This document shows positions 49,867 to 60,883 of a stretch of DNA of 64,000 nt, in pieces; the stretch's first letter is position 1, and every line of letters begins with the position of its first letter. Source of the DNA: an uncultured delta proteobacterium. Lineage in GTDB: Bacteria; Desulfobacterota; Binatia; UBA9968. The DNA lies in contig CAWJBB010000053.1 in NCBI GenBank assembly GCA_963840855.1, forward strand, positions 20,996 through 84,995. Reading direction: 5' to 3'. The notes under the pieces were generated by a model. That model did no database searches. It was not told where the DNA came from and saw nothing but the letters and a program-made list of their open reading frames with translations. The position numbers and the translations under genes are program-made.

Positions 49867-50086
49867 GGTTCAAAGTTCAAAGTTCAACGTCAATGCGTTG
49901 GAATAGCCGCGTGCTTTGGATCTAATCTTTTAGAGCAGATAGCGGCGTTGGGTCAAGGGGAAACCAAAGCCCGAAACGGTGGCCACCTGTTTCCTCCCAC
50001 GCCGACGCAGACGTGGGAAAAGCAAGAGGCCTGCGCGTTTGAGGGTTTGATCCGTAACATTGAACTTTGAACCTTGAACTTTGAAC
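49861..50086. repeat. inverted GTTCAAN arrays enclosing about 170 bp of divergent promoter region
   Basis: 4 x GTTCAAN (49861-49888) and 4 x NTTGAAC (50059-50086). Confidence 0.88.
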
Positions 50087-50217
50087 GACCCCAATCGGTT
50101 GAAACGCTTGAACTGGAGCGAAGCTACAGAAATAGCAGCGATATTTCGGTTGACAGCAAGCCGGGATTCAGTATTAATCGGACAATCGCTACCGGCTGTT
50201 GAGCATCGAGCAACATT

Positions 50218-51974
50218 ATGCCCCGCCGCAAAAGTTTCCGTCTTGTCCTGATCAAGCCGTCGCACTACGACGATAACGGTTATGTTATTCAGTGGGTGCG
50301 CTCGGCAATCCCGTCCAATTCGCTCGGTTCATTACACGCGCTTGCCGCCGATTGCGCGGCGCGGCGGGTACTGGGCTCTGACGTTGATATTGAAATCGAG
50401 GCCTATGACGAAACCAATACCCGCATTAAGCCGTCGCGCGTCGCCCGGCGCGTACTGGCGGCCGATGGCGGCATGGTGGGCTTGGTCGGCGTGCAATCGA
50501 ACCAGTTCCCCCACGCCATCGACATAGCGCGGCCTCTCAGAGCTGCAGGTGTCCCGGTTGTTATCGGCGGGTTTCACGTCAGCGGCTGTCTTGCCATGCT
50601 TCCTGAGATGCCAGACGACATCAAGGACGCACTGGCGATGGGCATTGCGATCTTTGCTGGCGAGGCCGAGGGCCGGCTCGAGCGGGTGTTGAAAGATGCC
50701 TGGGCGAAGCAACTCCAGCCAATTTACAATTATATGGATGACCTGCCGGCGATGGAAGGCGCTGTCTTTCCCATCCTGCCGCCGGCGGCGGTCACGCGCA
50801 CGGCCGGTTCTTATACCAGCTTCGACGCGGGACGCGGCTGTCCCTTCCAGTGTTCCTTCTGCACGATTATCAACGTGCAGGGCCGCAAATCGCGCCACCG
50901 CAGCGCCGATGACGTGGAAAAGATCGTGCGCGCCAACTTCGCCAACGGCGTGAAAAGTTTTTTTATTACCGACGACAATTTCGCGCGCAATCGCAACTGG
51001 GAAGCCATCTTCGACCGCATGATAGAATTGCGCGAGCGCGAGGGACTCAAAGTCAGCTTTATCATTCAAGTCGATACGATGTGCCATAAGATCCCGCACT
51101 TCATCGAGAAGGCCGCCCGGGCCGGTTGCCACAGAGTCTTCATCGGTCTTGAGAACATCAACCCGGACAATCTGTTGTCGGCGAAAAAAAAGCAGAATCG
51201 CATTACCGAATACCGTACCATGCTGCAACGCTGGAAGGCGGTGCGCGTGGTGACTTATTGCGGCTATATTCTCGGTTTTCCGGCGGATAACCCGCAAAGT
51301 ATCTTGGCTGATATTGAGATTATCAAGGAAGAACTGCCGGTCGACTTGCTGGAATTCTTTTGCCTGACGCCGCTGCCGGGCTCCGAGGATCATAAGAAAC
51401 TGTCGGCGCAAAAAATATGGATGGATCCGGACATGAACAAGTACGATCTGGAACATGTCACGACGGGTCACAGCCGGATGTCACGCGAAGAATGGCAGGG
51501 GATCTATCATCGCGTGTGGGATGCTTATTATACGCCGGAGCATATCGAGCGGGTGATGCGGCGCGCCGCCGCCTGCGGCTTGAGCGCGGGCAACGTGATG
51601 TTCTATTGCCTATGGTTTTTTGGCTGCAAGACGCTGGAAGGGATCCATCCGCTGGAGGGCGGTTACTTGAGACGGATGTACCGGCGCGACCGCCGTCCGG
51701 GGCTAGCGCGGGAATGGCCGGTGCTGTTCCACGCAAAATACTTGAGACATGTCTGGCGCAGCCATCGGGGGATACTCAGTCTATGGCGGCGCTTCAACAA
51801 GGTGCGCAAAGAGATCAAAGCCAATCCTAATAGCCGCGCCTATACCGATTTGGCCTTGACGCCGGTCGACGAAACAGACACCGAGTCACTGGCACTGTTC
51901 ACCGTGACCGACGCAGCCCAGGCGGCGCTGAAAAAACACGGTAGCGCGCTGCCGCGGCAGGGGTCAGAGCGTAA
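50218..51974 (+). CDS. cobalamin-binding radical SAM protein; probable frameshift near the 3' end
   Basis: VIGGFHVS B12-binding region, GCPFQCSFC, ITDDNF; ORF-track end at 52089 runs through a REP and into the next gene, TAA at 51972 in another frame is more plausible. Confidence 0.82.
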
Positions 51975-52005
51975 TCTTACAAGTCTCGTTCCAGCCGTTC
52001 CAATC

Positions 52006-52031
52006 GTAGGGGCGCAGCATGCTGCGCCCCT
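52006..52031. repeat. GTAG-family REP palindrome preceded by two nonamers
   Basis: GT-AGGGGCGCAGCATGCTGCGCCCCT perfect palindrome. Confidence 0.8.
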
Positions 52032-52037
52032 TGCGGT

Positions 52038-52562
52038 TCAGCCGATTTTCTTTAACTTTTCCTTGTACATTTCCTGTCGCCTCACATAGCCCGGCGCGGC
52101 GCGGTGCATTTTTTCGATGTCTTCGTCGGATAGTTGCCTGACGACCTTGGCCGGTGCGCCGAAGATGAGGGAACGGTCGGGGAAGCTTTTGCCTTCGGGC
52201 ACCAGCGCAGCTGCGCCGATCAAGCAGTCTTTGCCGATGACCGCGCCGTTCATTATTACAGCTTGAATTCCGATCAGCGATCCATCGCCTATGGTGCAGC
52301 CGTGGAGCATTGCCTGATGCCCGATGGTCACATGGACGCCGATCGTGAGCGGATATCCCCGATCGACGTGAAGCACCGCGCCATCTTGCACGTTGGAGGC
52401 TTCGCCGATTTGAATCGTGTCGTTATCGCCGCGGATCACCGCGCCGGGCCAGATGCTGACTCGTTCTCCTAACGTCACCTTGCCGATAACGGTTGCCTCG
52501 ACAGCCACGTACGCCGAGGCTGGAATGTCAGGCTTGTCTTCGCCGAGCTGGTAGATCGACAT
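52038..52562 (-). CDS. gamma-carbonic anhydrase family (YrdA/PaaY-like)
   Basis: IRGD, SNVQDG, three His, hexapeptide repeats; AGGAG RBS before ATG 52562. Confidence 0.92.
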   Translation of the reverse strand: MSIYQLGEDKPDIPASAYVAVEATVIGKVTLGERVSIWPGAVIRGDNDTIQIGEASNVQDGAVLHVDRGYPLTIGVHVTIGHQAMLHGCTIGDGSLIGIQAVIMNGAVIGKDCLIGAAALVPEGKSFPDRSLIFGAPAKVVRQLSDEDIEKMHRAAPGYVRRQEMYKEKLKKIG

Positions 52563-52764
52563 AGTTTCTCCTCGAATTGAGCGATAATATTCCATTCCAA
52601 GATATTTGAGGTTCTCAGCTGGATTCTCGATTATTAAAGCGGAAAAAGACGACTCGCGCAAAGATGCAAAGGAAGAGCATTGTCCTTTCGAACGAAGAGA
52701 GTACGATCCCTGAGTTTGAACTTTGAACCGCATGTGACATCTTGCTTAAAAAGAATACTTACCC

Positions 52765-53919
52765 ATGGAAAAGTTTTTTGCCACCTGCCCGCGCGGCCTG
52801 GAGCTGCTCCTGGCGGATGAATTGCGTGAACTCAATGGTGCAAAGATTCATGCGGTCGGCGGCGGCGTCCAGTTCGCCGGTGATTTTATCCTCTGCTACC
52901 GGGTCAATCTCCAAAGCCGCGTCGCCAGCCGGGTGCTATGGCAGGTGGCAACTGACCGTTACCGGAGCGAGGAGGATATTTACCGCGCCGCCTACGTGCT
53001 GCCATGGACCGATTGGTTTGATCCGGCGCGCACTATCCGGGTCGACGTCTCGGCGACCAAGAGCCCGCTAACCAGTCTCAATTTCGTCACGCTCAAGATC
53101 AAAGACGCGGTGTGCGACAAAGTGCGCCGGCTTTCGGGACGCCGCCCCAGCGTAGATACCCGCGAGCCCGATATTCCGATCCAGGGCCATCTGACCGATC
53201 GCGAATTTACGCTCTATCTCGACACCACGGGGGAGCCGTTGTTCAAGCGCGGCCGACGCCTGGCCACGGGAGAAGCGCCGCTCAGGGAAAATCTCGCCGC
53301 CGGGATTCTTCTCCTCGCCGGTTGGGTTCCCGGCACACCGCTGCTCGATCCCATGTGCGGCAGCGGCACGATCCTGCTCGAAGCGGCGCACATGGCCCTC
53401 GATATCGCGCCAGGGCTCGGACGCCACTTCGCTTTCGAAAAATTCAAAAATTTCGACGCACGGTACTGGCGCGAGCTGTTGCAACAAAGCGCAGCCCGGC
53501 AAAAACCCAAGGCGCCGCTGGCGATTTATGGCAGCGATCTCTCCGCAGACACACTGAAAGCGGCGCGCGCTAATTTAATGGCTTCCGGTTTGGAGAAAAT
53601 CGTGGGCCTCAAACGGGCCGACGTTCTGGAAATCTCCGCGCCAGCCATAGAAGGCATCATCGTCACCAATCCGCCATACGGGGTGCGTCTCGGCGAGCAG
53701 CAGGCACTGGCGGAGTTTTACCCAAAGCTCGGCGACGTATTAAAAAAACAATTCAGCGGTTGGCGCGCCTACCTTCTCAGCGCCGACATGCGCCTGCCCA
53801 AGCTCATCCGTCTCGCCGCGTCCAAGCGTACGCCGCTTTTCAACGGCGCACTCGAATGCCGCCTGTTCGAATACAAGATGGTCGAAGGGGGAATGCGGAA
53901 AAAAAAGACCGACGGGTGA
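52765..53919 (+). CDS. THUMP-domain rRNA m2G methyltransferase (RlmL-like)
   Basis: FATCPRGLE, APLRENLAA, DPMCGSGT, NPPYG. Confidence 0.92.
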   Translation: MEKFFATCPRGLELLLADELRELNGAKIHAVGGGVQFAGDFILCYRVNLQSRVASRVLWQVATDRYRSEEDIYRAAYVLPWTDWFDPARTIRVDVSATKSPLTSLNFVTLKIKDAVCDKVRRLSGRRPSVDTREPDIPIQGHLTDREFTLYLDTTGEPLFKRGRRLATGEAPLRENLAAGILLLAGWVPGTPLLDPMCGSGTILLEAAHMALDIAPGLGRHFAFEKFKNFDARYWRELLQQSAARQKPKAPLAIYGSDLSADTLKAARANLMASGLEKIVGLKRADVLEISAPAIEGIIVTNPPYGVRLGEQQALAEFYPKLGDVLKKQFSGWRAYLLSADMRLPKLIRLAASKRTPLFNGALECRLFEYKMVEGGMRKKKTDG

Positions 53920-54135
53920 TCTGCTCAACATGACGTTGACATTGCCCTGTTCGGTTTGGCAGGCAACTGGACGCCGTCCGCGCGCGCGTGATATAGGCAG
54001 AAGAGTTTTATCTCGCTTTGCGATCTCGACATAGCTCGTCGCCTTTCGCCGGCTCTGGAGTTTACCCTGCGTTCACCGAAAATCGACAAACAAGAGACCC
54101 CTGCTCCAAGTATCGAAGCCGGGGAGCGCGCGGCA

Positions 54136-55395
54136 TTGCGCCGGTCGCGCGGCACTCTCGATCGGTTCCTTCGGCTGCGGGCTTTGGAAGCGCTGCACCA
54201 CCGCGAGTTTCGATTACTATGGTACGGCCAGATATTTACTGCGATGGCGACCTGGATGGACCAGGTCACACGCGGCTGGCTGATTTATGAGCTGACCAAC
54301 TCATCGTTTCAGCTCGGTTTGGTGCGCGGAATTCAGGCGATACCGATTCTACTGCTCTCGCCTTTGGCGGGGAGCGCCGCCGACCGTTATTCGCGCAAAA
54401 TGCAGGTGATCGTGGCCCAGGTGGTGGACGGCGTGCTGTACAGTGCCCTGGCCGTGCTGATACTTACCGGCAATATCGAGCCGTGGCATGTTTACGTCAC
54501 CGCCTTCGGCATGTCGATCGTCTGGACCTTTCAACAGCCGTCCCGGGCAGCCATGATCGGCGATGCGGTGCCGCTCGGGCAGATAACCAACGCCATCGGC
54601 CTCAACTCCATCGTTTTCAACGTCGCGCGCAGCGGCGGCCCCGCTCTGGCAGGTTTCCTCATCGCGATCTTCGGCACCGGCGGATCCTATGGCGCGCAGG
54701 CGATCTTTTATCTTTTGGCGACGATCTGGACCATCCAATTGCGCTCTCCGCAGCATGCTCTGTCCGGCGCACACGGCGGCTCCGCACACAAGCAATCCTT
54801 TCGTCAGAGCATTATCGAAGGGTGGAAGTTCAGCTGGCGGAACGAGGCGGTTCGCGCAAGCCTTCTCATTGTGATCGCAGCGTCGTTGTTTATCATCCCG
54901 TTCATGACCCTGTTGCCGGTGTTTGCGCGGGATATTCTCGGCGTCGGCGCCAGCGGGCAGGGGCTGCTTCTGAGCGCAATGGGCGTGGGCGCCCTCGGCA
55001 GCTCGGTTCTCATCGCCGCCATCGGTGACCGGTTGCCGCGGATAAACATCATGCTGGGAGGCGTGACGTTATACGGGATCATTATCGTTGCCTTCGCGTT
55101 TTCTCCCTGGTTCCATTTTTCACTGGTGCTGATGGTGATTGTCGGTGTCGTTCACGTCACCTCCCACGCGCTAGCCCAGACCGTCATTCAAACTTATTCG
55201 CCCGTCGAATTCCGCGGCCGAACCATGGCTATTTTTCACATGACCCACGTCGTGCTGTTGGCAGGCGGTATATTCATTGGCGCACTGTCGTCGTTCGTGG
55301 GAGCTCAGTGGGCCGCGGCGTCGATGAGCATTGCCGGCACGGCGGCGGTAACCGCGATCTACATGGCGTTGCCGCGCGCCCGGCTCATACGATAG
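54136..55395 (+). CDS. MFS transporter (MFS_3-like)
   Basis: GSAADRYSRK, NAIGLNS, FRGR. Confidence 0.88.
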   Translation: MRRSRGTLDRFLRLRALEALHHREFRLLWYGQIFTAMATWMDQVTRGWLIYELTNSSFQLGLVRGIQAIPILLLSPLAGSAADRYSRKMQVIVAQVVDGVLYSALAVLILTGNIEPWHVYVTAFGMSIVWTFQQPSRAAMIGDAVPLGQITNAIGLNSIVFNVARSGGPALAGFLIAIFGTGGSYGAQAIFYLLATIWTIQLRSPQHALSGAHGGSAHKQSFRQSIIEGWKFSWRNEAVRASLLIVIAASLFIIPFMTLLPVFARDILGVGASGQGLLLSAMGVGALGSSVLIAAIGDRLPRINIMLGGVTLYGIIIVAFAFSPWFHFSLVLMVIVGVVHVTSHALAQTVIQTYSPVEFRGRTMAIFHMTHVVLLAGGIFIGALSSFVGAQWAAASMSIAGTAAVTAIYMALPRARLIR

Positions 55396-55414
55396 GAACG
55401 GCTGCGCGCAGACT

Positions 55415-56301
55415 TCACAGGTGTTTAAAAAAAAATCTCTTATCCTGCTCTGGTAATCCGAACCCAGCTGACCATGGACAATCCCCGCCGTGAACCAAAA
55501 TTCGGCGCTGGGATTTTTTGCCAGTGCTTGCCGCAACGATTGCCCGTGGGAAAAGGGGATTACCTCATCAGCAGACGAATGGATCAAGAGAATGGGAATC
55601 GTGGTATCGCGGACTCGCTCTGCCGGTGCGACATCGCGCAGGTCGATGCCGAGAAAAAGGTTGGCCCAGAGACCGACGAGATAGGCCATGGGATAATTGA
55701 GCAGGGGAATTCTAAAGAGCTGAAAGGCCATGTCGCCGAGATTGGCGTAACTGGATTCGGATATGACCGCGCGGATCTCGGAAGCTTTCTCGATGGCCAT
55801 TAAAGCCACTGCCCCACCCATGGAAAAACCCCACACGCCGACTTCCGCTATCCCTCGGCCTTTGAGAAATTGAATGGCCGCCAGGAGGTCCTCGACCTCT
55901 TTAGCTCCTACCGTGGAATAGCTCCCCTCGCTTTCTCCCAGATAGCGGAAATCGAACAACAGGAGGTTGAAATCTTCGTGGAGAAACGCCAACGGCGGCA
56001 AGATATTTCCCTTGTCCGCGGGATAGCCATGAAGCAGAATTACGGTGTTCCCGGTGGTTTTTGCGCATGGAATGTACCAACCGCGCAAGGTGAGGCCGTC
56101 CGCCGTTTTGAACGAGACGTCCTGGTAACCCATCTTCAAATCGCGCGGCGTTATCGAGGAAATAATTTTCGGCGGGCGAATGGAAATATAAAAACCCCAG
56201 AGGCTCGTAACGACTAGAAATGCAAGAACTATAAGGACAATGCGCAAGATAGTCGGGCCCACTTCCGCGCGTATTTTCCCCGTCTGAGAGGGGACTGTCA
56301 A
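55415..56301 (-). CDS. membrane-anchored alpha/beta hydrolase; homopolymer frameshift at 55427-55435
   Basis: LLHGY, DFRYLGESEG, GFSMGG, D and H; adding one base to the A9 run gives ...KHL-stop at 55415 and removes a 225-nt antisense overlap. Confidence 0.82.
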
Positions 56302-57524
56302 CCTGCGCCTTTACTGCCGCGATAAAGATTCAGAGGCAGCAAAACGAACGCGGCGAGCAAGACAAACCCGCCGGCGAGAAGAAAAGCGGCTTTCATGCCG
56401 TATAGGCCGATAAAATATCCCGCCGCAATGGGCGTGGGGACGACCACGATTTCCGTCACCAGCGAGGCCAGGCCGTAGGAAGAAGCTTGAATATTGGCGC
56501 CCGCCACATCGAGGACCGCCGCGTAGGTGATGTTCATCAAAGTATAGAAAAACAGACCGTTGGCCGCGATCACGATGCTGAGCGCAAGGCCCGCCGGGAC
56601 CACTCCCAAGAGCATGAACAGCGCTCCTTGCAGGATGAAGGACGGAAACAGCACGACCTTGCGGCCGAAACGATCCGACAGGACGCCCAAGATCGGTTGA
56701 GAAATCGTGCCCATTGCATGGAGCAGCGCGACAAAGAATCCCAGGGCCAAAGGCGAATACCCCAGGTGTTCCTGCAAATAGATGGGCAAAAACGTCATCA
56801 CCACAAGACGGCCCATCATGGCCAGCCCCTTGGCGGCTGAGATTCCTAAGAACACCGGGTGACGCGCCAACTGCAAAATTTCACGGATCTGCGTGGAGCG
56901 CGAAGCTTGGGTTTCTCCCGCGCTGAACAATTTCTTCAAACTCCGCCACACGACAAATCCGGCGAACAAAGCGGGGATGAATTGCAGCGTCAAAAAGTCT
57001 TGCCATTGAAGCGCAACGAGCAACGCGCCGACGGCGAGCGGTGTGAGGGTATCGCTGACGGTGGCGCCCATGCCGTGCACGGCGAGCGCCATGGCGCGGC
57101 TTTCGGGAAAACGATTGGATAAAGAGGCGGCGGCGGGCGGGTGCCACAATGCGGTTCCCAACCCGATGAGGCCCGCACCGCATAGGGCCAGAATAAAAGC
57201 GGACGAGATTCCCATGAAGAAGTAACCCGCGCCCATGGAAAAGAGCGCGCCCGCGAGAAAGAGCGCCCGGTAGCGCAGCATCGCGTCGGCGATCAATCCC
57301 ACGGGAAAATCCAGGGTGCCTTGAACCAGTTGCCGCGCCGAAGTCAGCCCTCCCACCTGGACATCATTGAGACCCAAGCCGGCTTTGATCGACGGCAGCA
57401 CGACCGGGAAGAGTTGTTGAAACCAGTGAATGACGAAGTGGCCGGAGGTGATTACACTGAGCAGTTTCAGTCGCTCCGGCCCGAGCGCGCGGACCGAATC
57501 CGAGATGTTTTTCACGTTGAGCAT
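56298..57524 (-). CDS. MFS transporter (Fsr-like)
   Basis: GHFVIH, WHPP, GVLSDRFGRK. Confidence 0.88.
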   Translation of the reverse strand: MLNVKNISDSVRALGPERLKLLSVITSGHFVIHWFQQLFPVVLPSIKAGLGLNDVQVGGLTSARQLVQGTLDFPVGLIADAMLRYRALFLAGALFSMGAGYFFMGISSAFILALCGAGLIGLGTALWHPPAAASLSNRFPESRAMALAVHGMGATVSDTLTPLAVGALLVALQWQDFLTLQFIPALFAGFVVWRSLKKLFSAGETQASRSTQIREILQLARHPVFLGISAAKGLAMMGRLVVMTFLPIYLQEHLGYSPLALGFFVALLHAMGTISQPILGVLSDRFGRKVVLFPSFILQGALFMLLGVVPAGLALSIVIAANGLFFYTLMNITYAAVLDVAGANIQASSYGLASLVTEIVVVPTPIAAGYFIGLYGMKAAFLLAGGFVLLAAFVLLPLNLYRGSKGAG

Positions 57525-57878
57525 GTATGAGCGAGCAGCGGCGAAGCTTGTGCGTTTCGGATTCCGGCTTAGCTAATGACTCTAGACGTAAGACTCGAAA
57601 TTAACATGTAACGCAATGCCATCTTCGCCTGCAAGGCTAGATGCTGGTATTTTGCGAAAAACGGGAAAAGGGGTATGTTAGTCCGCAAGCGTCATGGAAG
57701 CTCATGGCATGCTTAGTCCCTGCAATCGAGTTCAATCTGGCGAATCATGTTGCAACGTTCGATCAGTTCGCTCGCGGGTGAGCTAAGAAGCTTCACTCTA
57801 ATCTAAGGCTGGGGCCAATGGTGGTAGACGCAGTTTGAAGAGTGACTGAATGCTAAATCGCGGCACGGGAGGGTAAAA

Positions 57879-58928
57879 ATGAGTCTCTTTAGCCGTTGGC
57901 TCGCATTCGGTTTCTGGGCGATTATTTTGTTGTTCCCAAGCAACAGTGACTCTCAGCCAACCTATTACCAAGGTAAGACAATCACGGTCATTCAAGGGCG
58001 AAGCGCCGGAGGCGTGGGCGATTTAAGATTCAGGGCTGTCTTCCAGTTCTTGCAAAAACATATTCCCGGCAATCCGGTTGTCGTTTCCGAATACATGCCC
58101 GGAGGAGGAGGTAGAAAGGCCGCGAATCAAGTCTACAGGGCGAAGGGAGACGGACTTACTATTGGGGCCTCCTCCCCTGGTATTCTTGCAAGCGCAGTGC
58201 TGGGTGAGCCGGGTGTCGAATATGATCCTCAAAAGTTTATCTATCTCGGGTCGCCGTGGAGCGTAAATTACAATATTTTTACAACCCGGAAGGGTGCCGG
58301 TTTAAACAGCCTGGAGAAGCTGCGCGGAGCCACGGGGCTCAGGATCGGAGCCCAATCCGTGGGCCATGTGCAGTACATCCGCGGCAGATTGTTCGCTTGG
58401 CTCTTGGATCTTAAAGACCCGAAATTCGTTGTTGGTTATTCGGGACGTGAGTTGGATGTGGCATTGGAGCGAGATGAGATCGATGCTAGAGCCGAGTCTG
58501 TTGATAATTTGTTTACAGGGGAGCTTGAGAAGGAGAGAAAGGTCAAGGATTTTCACGCGATCCTGGAGATTCCGAAAGGCCATCGTCCTCCAGAATTCGC
58601 CCAATTGCCTGAAATCGAGGCTTTCGTCCGGGTCGAGGTCGAAAGGCGAGTCCTGACGATGTCGCGGGTTTTCTGGGGGGTTGGAACGCTAATTTTTTTG
58701 CCTCCGAATACTCCGGCAAAACTTGCGGAAGTTCTCAGGCAGGCTTTTCGCAGTTCGTTTAAAGACCGACAATTCCACGAACAGTACAGAAAACTTCTTG
58801 GAGCTGATCCAACGCCGCTGATGCCGGAAGACCAGCAGAGACTTATCGAGGAGCTCCCGCGCGACCCTGACGTCGTCGAGGTTTTTAAGAAAATCGCCGG
58901 AGTGGGTCCGTTGCCGCCGCGCAGATAA
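57879..58928 (+). CDS. TctC/Bug-like periplasmic binding protein
   Basis: signal peptide, YYQGKTI, GGVGD, IPGNP, MPGGGG, DGLTI. Confidence 0.85.
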   Translation: MSLFSRWLAFGFWAIILLFPSNSDSQPTYYQGKTITVIQGRSAGGVGDLRFRAVFQFLQKHIPGNPVVVSEYMPGGGGRKAANQVYRAKGDGLTIGASSPGILASAVLGEPGVEYDPQKFIYLGSPWSVNYNIFTTRKGAGLNSLEKLRGATGLRIGAQSVGHVQYIRGRLFAWLLDLKDPKFVVGYSGRELDVALERDEIDARAESVDNLFTGELEKERKVKDFHAILEIPKGHRPPEFAQLPEIEAFVRVEVERRVLTMSRVFWGVGTLIFLPPNTPAKLAEVLRQAFRSSFKDRQFHEQYRKLLGADPTPLMPEDQQRLIEELPRDPDVVEVFKKIAGVGPLPPRR

Positions 58929-59139
58929 GGATAAGAGCGGACCGTTGGAGCGCCCGGCCTGAGTAGTGACTTAACGGAATTAAGGTGTTTCAGCCATCAT
59001 ACTATTATGCTGGTTAGCGATCGCCGGTTTGGCAGGGACGTTTTGAGGCCTTCCCTATCGACCACAGAAACAACGCGAAAAGTAGAATGTCCCCCTTGCT
59101 CTCTAGAGGGAAAGTGATTTAGCCCTAAAATTAGATTGA

Positions 59140-60337
59140 AATTCTCCTACGTGTCGATACTGTGAGATTTGTCCGTTGCGTCGTACAGTTCAATCCTGCG
59201 ACGAATTTGGCCCTTTCCCCTCGACGAATCTGGTTCCGCTTCTCCGCGTAAGTAATCGTTTTCGCAATTACCGCCTGCGTGATAGCCTCCATAACGTGGT
59301 GGGAATGAAGAAAGCGGCTCTCTTAGCAACCCTGGCCGTCGCACTCACGGTGTGCGGGGCTGTGGCCACGGCGCAGCAGCCGTCAAAAGTTATCCGCTTA
59401 GGATGTTTGCTAGCCGACTCCGCTTCCTCAGAAAAAAGCCGCGTTGAGGCCTTCCGGCAAGGTCTGCGCGAGCTTGGGTATGTGGAGGGCAAAAACATTG
59501 TCATTGAGTGGCGATTTGGGGACGGAAAGCAAGATCGGCTACCCGCGCTCGCGGCCGAACTGGTGCGTCTCAAGGTAGACATCATCGTCACGGGTGGTTC
59601 GTCAGCAACCCGTGCTGCCAAGGAAGCGACGACCACGATTCCCATTGTGATGATGCAGGATGCCGATCCAGTTGGAAGCGGGTTCGTCGCCAGCCTTGCC
59701 CGACCCGGCGGGAACATCACTGGGTTGTCTACTCTCGCCCCGGAGCTAAGCGGGAAACGACTGGAGCTTTTGAAGGAGATCATTCCTAAGCTTTCCCGCG
59801 TGGCCGTCTTCGGGACTTCAACTCAGCCGGGCAACGCACAAATGTTAGGAGAGGTGGAGCTCGTCGCAAAGGCGTTTGGAGTGAAGCTTCAATATCTAGA
59901 CGTCCTAAGTTCCAAGGATATTGCGATCGCATTCCAAGCCGCAAGCAAGGGGCGTGCTGACGCAGTCCTTATGCTGTTGGGCCGCGTCGCCATTTCTCAG
60001 CGAACAGAGATTGCAGAGCTCGCGGTAAAGAACCGGCTCCCGGTAATATACGAAAGGGAAATATATGTCGAAGCCGGGGGGCTTATGAGCTACGGCGTGA
60101 ACTGGAACGACTTGGACCGGCGCGCCGCCGTGTACGTGGTTAAAGTTTTGAAAGGCACCAAGCCCGCCGACCTTGCAGTGGAGCAGCCGAAGAAGTTTGA
60201 GTTCATCATCAACCTCAAAGCTGCGAAGCAGATCGGCCTGACGATTCCGCCGAACGTGCTGGTGAGAGCGGATAGAGTCATCAAGTGATGGCAGAAAACC
60301 AAGCGGCGATGCCAGGATTGAACTGAATTCTCCTACG
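59140..60337. repeat. 12-bp direct repeats flanking the binding-protein gene
   Basis: AATTCTCCTACG at 59140-59151 and 60326-60337, each with GATTGA just upstream. Confidence 0.6.
59305..60288 (+). CDS. ABC substrate-binding protein (PF04392-type)
   Basis: FRQGLRELGYVEGKN, ASLARPGGNITG, KRLELLKE, GGLMSYG, INLKAAKQIGL. Confidence 0.92.
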   Translation: MKKAALLATLAVALTVCGAVATAQQPSKVIRLGCLLADSASSEKSRVEAFRQGLRELGYVEGKNIVIEWRFGDGKQDRLPALAAELVRLKVDIIVTGGSSATRAAKEATTTIPIVMMQDADPVGSGFVASLARPGGNITGLSTLAPELSGKRLELLKEIIPKLSRVAVFGTSTQPGNAQMLGEVELVAKAFGVKLQYLDVLSSKDIAIAFQAASKGRADAVLMLLGRVAISQRTEIAELAVKNRLPVIYEREIYVEAGGLMSYGVNWNDLDRRAAVYVVKVLKGTKPADLAVEQPKKFEFIINLKAAKQIGLTIPPNVLVRADRVIK

Positions 60338-60733
60338 CTCCAAATCACACGCCAACTTCAACTTCCTCGCCGATCAATCCCATTTACTATCGGGTGGGCT
60401 GTCTTTTGAGCTGACTTCGCTCGGCTCACGAAAAGTTGGTGCTGCTCCCTATCTGCCGTTTCGATATCACGAGAATCACCAACTGGTGCGATGGGATTGA
60501 GTGGCATCCTGCGCAGGACTCAAGTCAAGTATGAGTTGGTCTCATTGGATCAGAACGTTCATCGGACTGACCATCACGGGTAGATTAGACAATTTCGATA
60601 GCCGTTAGTGAAAGGGCAAGTTCGCCGGTCAGTGCGACAATTTTGTTTTTTCGGGCGACGCAGTGTAGGCGCGAATTATCCGTGTTTAGAAATCAACAGA
60701 CGGTTCTGGAACTCGCGGGAACGATCAATAGTG

Positions 60734-60750
60734 CTGGCATAGATCGTGCG
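60734..60750 (+). promoter_or_regulatory. sigma-54 promoter
   Basis: CTGGCATAGATCGTGCG, GG-N10-GC. Confidence 0.55.
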
Positions 60751-60883
60751 TCTTTTCTATCTGTTTTTAGTTTCTTATTGCGATCCAGTCACTATACCTT
60801 CTTAACAGGAATGAATTAGATACTCAGAGTAAGCATTGAGATTTGTGCAACTGCTTGGGGCAAATTTGATAAAGGAGAATAAA

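Noticed and set aside
51975-52089. C-terminal extension of the radical SAM ORF
   Set aside because: Translates repeat/REP sequence and overlaps the convergent gene; better explained by an indel.
55171-55414. Long antisense overlap of hydrolase and MFS
   Set aside because: Removed by one base in an A9 run.
58960-59100. Possible IS-end remnants
   Set aside because: No partner inverted repeat or transposase fragment recognised.
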